From Malacoraja senta (Eukaryota): a DNA stretch of 63,493 nt. The stretch lies in contig JAXLNO010002817.1 in NCBI GenBank assembly GCA_038087875.1, positions 508-64,000 on the forward strand, read 5' to 3'. Both the position numbers and the translations under genes were made by a program. The notes beneath the pieces were generated by a model, which worked only from the letters and a program-made list of their open reading frames with translations, searched no databases and had not been told where the DNA came from. Shown here in pieces: positions 59,201 to 63,493 of the stretch (its first letter is position 1; each line of letters starts with the position of its first letter).

Positions 59201-62200
59201 TGGTGGTTTGGTTTGAAAATGCAAAAGGTTTGTTTTGAAAATGCAAATGGTATGCTTTGAAAATGCAAAAGTTGGTTTGCTTTGAAAATGCAAAAGTTGG
59301 TTTGGTTTGAAAATGCAAATGGTGGTTTGGTTTGAAAATGCAAATGGTGGATTGGTTTGAAAATGGAGATGGGTTGCTATGAGAATGCAAAATGTTTGCT
59401 TTGAAAATGCAAAAGGTTTGCTTCGAAAATGCAAATGGCGGTTTGCTTCTAAAATGCAAATGGTGGTTTGCTTTGAAAATGCAATGCAGGTTTGCCTTAA
59501 AATGCAAAATGTGGTTTGCTTTGAAAATGCAAAAGGTGGTTTGCTTTGGAAATATAAAAGGTGGTTTGCCTTGAAAATGCGAAAGGTGATTTGCTTTAAA
59601 AATGCAAAGGTTTGCTTTGAAAACGCAAAAGGTGGTTTGCTGTGAAAATGCAAAAGGTGGTTTGCTTTGAAAATGCAAAAGGTGGTTTGCTGTGAAAATG
59701 TAAATGGTGGTTTGGTTTGAAAATGCAAAAGGTTTGGGTTGAAAATGCAAAAGGTTTGCTTTCAAAATGCAAAAGGTGGTTTGCTTTGACAATGCAAAAG
59801 GTGGTTTGGTTTGAAAATGCAAATGGTGGTTTGGTTTGGAAATGCAAAAGTAAAATGTTTGCATTGCAAATACATAAGGTTTGCTTTAAAAATGCAAAGG
59901 TTTGCTTTGAAATTGCAAAAGGTGGTTTGCTTTGAAAAGGCAAAATGTGGTTAGCTTTGAAAATGCAAAAGCTGGTTTCCTTCGAAAATGAAAATGGTGG
60001 TTTGCTTCGAAAATGCAAAAGGTGGTTTGGTTTGAAAATGCAAATTGTGGTTTTGTTTGGAAATGCAAAAGGTGGTTTGCTTTGAAAATGCAAATGGTGG
60101 TCTGAAAATGCAACGTGATTTGGTTTGAAAATGCAAATGGTTGTTTGGTTTGAAAATGCAAAAGGATGTTTGGTTTGAAAATGCAAAAAGAGGATTGGTT
60201 TGAAAATGCAAAAGGTGGTTTGCTTCGAAAATGCAAAAGGTGGTTTGCTTTGAAAATGCAAAGGTGGTTTGCTTTGAAAAGGCAAAATGTGGTTAGCTGT
60301 GAAAATGCAAAAGGTGGTTTGCTATGAAAATGCCAAAGGTTTGCGTGAAAAATGCAAAAATGTAAGGTTTGAAAATGCAAAAGGGTTGCTTCGAAAATGC
60401 AAATGGCGGTTTGCTTCTAAAATGCAAATGCTGGTTTGCTTTGAAAATGCAATGCTGGTTTGCCTTAAAATGCAAAATGTGGTTTGCTTTGAAAATGCAA
60501 AAGGTGGTTTGCTTTGGAAATATAAAAGGTGGTTTGCCTTGAAAATTCGAAAGGTGGTTTGCTTTAAAAATGCAAAGGTTTGCTTTGAAAATGCAAAAGG
60601 TGGTTTGCTGTGAAAATGCAAAAGGTGGTTTGCTTTGAAAATGCAAAAGGTGGTTTGCTGTGAAAATGCAAATGGTGGTTTGGTTTGAAAATGCAAAAGG
60701 TTTGGGTTGAAAATGCAAAAGGTTTGCTTTCAAAATGCAAAAGGTGGTTTGCTTTGACAATGCAAAAGGTGGTTTGGTTTGAAAATGCAAATGGTGGTTT
60801 GGTTTGGAAATGCAAATGTAAAATGTTTGCATTGCAAATACATAAGGTTTGCTTTAAAATGCAAAGGTTTGCTTTGAAATTGCAAAAGTTGGTATGCTTT
60901 GACAATGCAAAAGGTGGTTTGCTTTGAAAATGCAAAAGCTGTTTTCCTTCGAAAATGAAAAAGGTGGTTTGCTTCGAAAATGCAAAAGGTGGTTTGGTTT
61001 GAAAATGCAAATTGTGGTTTTGTTTGGAAATGCAAAAGATGGTTTGCTTTGAAAATGCAAAAGGTGGTTTGCTTTGAAAATGCAAAAGGTGGTTTGCTTT
61101 GAAAAGGCAAAATGTGGTTAGCTGTGAAAATGCAAAAGGTGGTTTGCTATGAGAATGCCAAAGGTTTGCGTGAAAAATGCAAAAAGTAAGGTTTGAAAAT
61201 GCAAAAGGATTGCTTTGAAAGTGCAAAAGGTGGTTTGCTTTGAAAATGCAAAAGGTTTGGGATAAAATGCAATAGGTGGTTTTCTATGAAAATGCAAAAG
61301 GTGGTTTGCTATGAAATTGCAAAAGGTGGTTTGCTATGAGAATGCAAAACGTTTGCTATGAAAATACAAAAGGTTTGCTTTGAAAATGCAAACGCTTTGC
61401 TTTGAAAATGCGAAAGGAAGTTTGGTTTGAAAATGCAAAAGGGGTTTGGTTTGAAAATGCAAAAGGTGATTTGGTTTGATTTGAAAATGCAAAAGGATTT
61501 TGGTATGAAAATGCAAAAGGTGGTTTGCTATGAAAATGCAAACAGTTTGCTTTGAAAATGCAAAAAGGTGGTTTGCTTTGAAAATGCAAAAGGTTTGCTT
61601 TGAAAATGCAAAAAAAGGTGGTTGGCTTTGAAAATGCAAAAAGCTGGTTTGTTTTGAAAATGCAAAAGGAGGTTTGGTTTAAAAATGCATAACGAAGTTT
61701 GGTTTGGAAATGCAAAATGACGTTTGGTTTGAAAATGCAAAAGGTGGTTTCGTTTAAAAATACAAATTGTGGTTTGGTTTGAAAATGCAAATAGTGGTTT
61801 TGTTTGAAAATGCAAAAGGAGGTTTGCTACGAAAATGCAAAAGGTAGATTGCTATGAAAATGCAAAAGGTGGTTTGCTATGAAAATGCAAACGGTTTGCT
61901 TTGAAAATGCAAAAAGGTGGTTTGCTTTGAAAATTCAAAAGGTAGTTTGCTATGAAAATGCAAAAGGTTTGCTTTGAAAATGCAAAAGGTTTCCTTTGAA
62001 AATGCAAAGGTTTGCTTTGAAAATGCAAAAGGTTGTTTGCTTTACGCAAACGGTGGTTTGCTTTGAAAATACAAAAGGTAGTTTGCTTAAAAATTGCAAA
62101 AAGGTGGTTTTAGCTTTGAAAATGCAAAAGGTGGTTTACTATGAAAATGCAAAGGGTGGTTTACTATGAAAATGCAAAAAGTTTGCTTTGAAAATGCAAA

Positions 62201-62474
62201 AAGGTGGTTTGCTTTGAAAATGCAAAAGGTGGTTTGGTTTGAAAATTCAAAAGGTGGTCTAGTTTGAAAATGCAAAAGGAGGTTTGGTATGAAAATGCAA
62301 AAGGTGGTTTCGTTTGAAAATGCAAATGGTGGTTTGGTTTTAAAACGCAAATGGTGCTTTGGTTTGAAAATACAAAAGGTTTGCTTTGAAATTGCAAAAG
62401 GTGGTTTGGTTTGAAAATGCAAATGGTGGTTTAGTTTGAAAATGGAAAAGGATTGCTTTGATAATGCAAAAGGT
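35266..62474. repeat. Satellite array, right block (about 27 kb; same monomer family)
   Basis: GAAAATGCAAAAGGTGGTTTGCTTT is especially frequent, mixed with the left-block units. Diagnostic variants recur at kb-scale offsets. Confidence 0.97.
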
Positions 62475-62782
62475 GACTTCCGGTGGCGCCATGGAGCTGT
62501 AAGGGCGCAGCTTTGAGCTCCGCTCCCGCTAAAATAGCGAAAAAGCCATTTTGAAAGACGAGACCGATTTAAAAACACTCACCGGAGCTGTTTGACATCG
62601 CTTAAGTGACGTCATCAGAAATCGCCGCGAAAAATCGGAGTTTAACGGGAGTTTCAAATGAGTAAAGGGAATCGTTCACGGAGACCTTAAAAACCTGCTA
62701 CCAAACTCCATCTTCAGGAACCTTGTAAAACTCCGCAAACTCTGCAATCAACAACAGAAAGCTCGGAAGAAGAAGTTGACTC
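62475..62782 (+). mobile_element. Probable L1 5' UTR and start of ORF1
   Basis: GACTTCCGGTGGCGCCATGGAG start and CpG-rich UTR, followed by ATG-SKGNRSRRP*...TTESSEEEVDS, cut by the DIRS element. Confidence 0.55.
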
Positions 62783-63493
62783 TAGTAAGATTAAACGAGA
62801 ACTTACCAAGTTTGAAGTTTGATCTTTATTTTATGAGGAGTAACGTTGAGGGATTACGTGAAGAAGACCCCGTCCAGCCGCATACGCGTCAATCCTTCAA
62901 AGCAGCGGAGTGACAATCACAGACGATAATTACTGAAGTATGATAGTAAGATGCATAAAGACTTAGAACTACCAGCTTGATCTTTTTATGAGGGTGGAAG
63001 CGGAGGGCACGTAATCCCTCAACGTTACTCCTCATAAAATAAAGATCAAACTTCAAACTTGGTAAGTTCTCGTTTAATCTTACTATTTTACTTCGGAGTC
63101 ACGTGAGTGACTACGTGAAGATTTCAAAGCTCTGTGATTTCACACCGTGGATTCAAATCCAGGTGTTCACTGCATCGATTGACTCTATTTGAGTAAGCAC
63201 AATCAACAATGCATAACCACAACATTTGAATGTAATCAGTTAATGGTTTTATTTATTTTAATAAAAGTAACAAAATTAGGCCCATTTATTATAATGGGGG
63301 ATTTAATACTGTATCCAGCACGGCATCACCAAACCCTCTGAGATCTTTAATCTCCTTATGGTAATACTTGTGAAACATCTGTTCACTTGCCCATCCTGCG
63401 GCCGCGAGAATAAAGTCTATTGCACGTCTGAATCCCTGGCCGCTGATGTTGATGCCGCCCTGGTGGATTGAGATTTAAATTTATCAGTATCAA
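62783..63493 (-). mobile_element. DIRS1-like tyrosine-recombinase retrotransposon, 3' end (YR C-terminus, ICR, right terminal repeat)
   Basis: YR remnant on the minus strand plus a perfect 78-bp inverted repeat (62783-62860 / 63008-63085), as expected for the ICR pairing with the 3' terminus. Confidence 0.85.
63289..63493 (-). pseudogene. Tyrosine recombinase C-terminus (DIRS type), frameshifted
   Basis: FKSQSTRAASTSAARDSDV / IDFILAAAGWASEQMFHKYYHKEI...*. The HSTR motif has H changed to Q and there is a 1-nt frameshift, while AAGW and the catalytic Tyr region are retained. Confidence 0.85.

Noticed and set aside
35400-61000. CENP-B box in TTCGAAAA variants
   Set aside because: Only the TTCG part matches; the required A and CGGG positions are absent.
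17673-62474. CRISPR-like repeat array
   Set aside because: Units are head-to-tail with no unique spacers, there are no cas genes, and the context is eukaryotic.
17653-62578. Hundreds of long minus-strand ORFs (up to 580 aa) rich in FQTKPPFAFS/HLHF
   Set aside because: The minus-strand monomer has no stop codon in any frame, and 22/25-bp units cycle through frames. ORFs overlap in all three frames, so they are satellite artefacts.

Overview
Eukaryotic, repeat-dominated window, most likely from a cartilaginous fish such as a skate or ray. That assignment is inferred from HE1-like SINEs, CR1 LINEs with (CATAGAAA)n tails and Penelope pseudo-LTRs. The only well-supported host coding feature is one 276-nt, phase-1/phase-1 exon on the minus strand (5746-6021). 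It encodes an MHC class I-type alpha-2 domain with nonclassical substitutions at several peptide-anchoring positions. Bases 1-17.7 kb are a pile of nested transposons: SINEs, CR1, L1, RTE, Penelope, a solo LTR, a hAT inside a hAT, and a Harbinger MITE holding a Penelope palindrome with a hammerhead ribozyme core. Bases 17.7-62.5 kb are a single-orientation satellite of 22/25-bp monomers (GAAAATGCAAA[A/T]GG[TGG]TTTG[C/G]TTT) with several levels of higher-order repeats. Its monomers carry the octamer ATGCAAAT and/or the TCF/LEF core CTTTGAA. One 6.5-kb TE island (L1 containing a CR1 and a young non-autonomous LTR element) splits the satellite, and it ends at a second L1 5' end, which contains a DIRS1 3' end. 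The hundreds of FQTKPPFAFS-type ORFs are artefacts of the satellite. All coordinates and alignments were read by eye; no database search was run.
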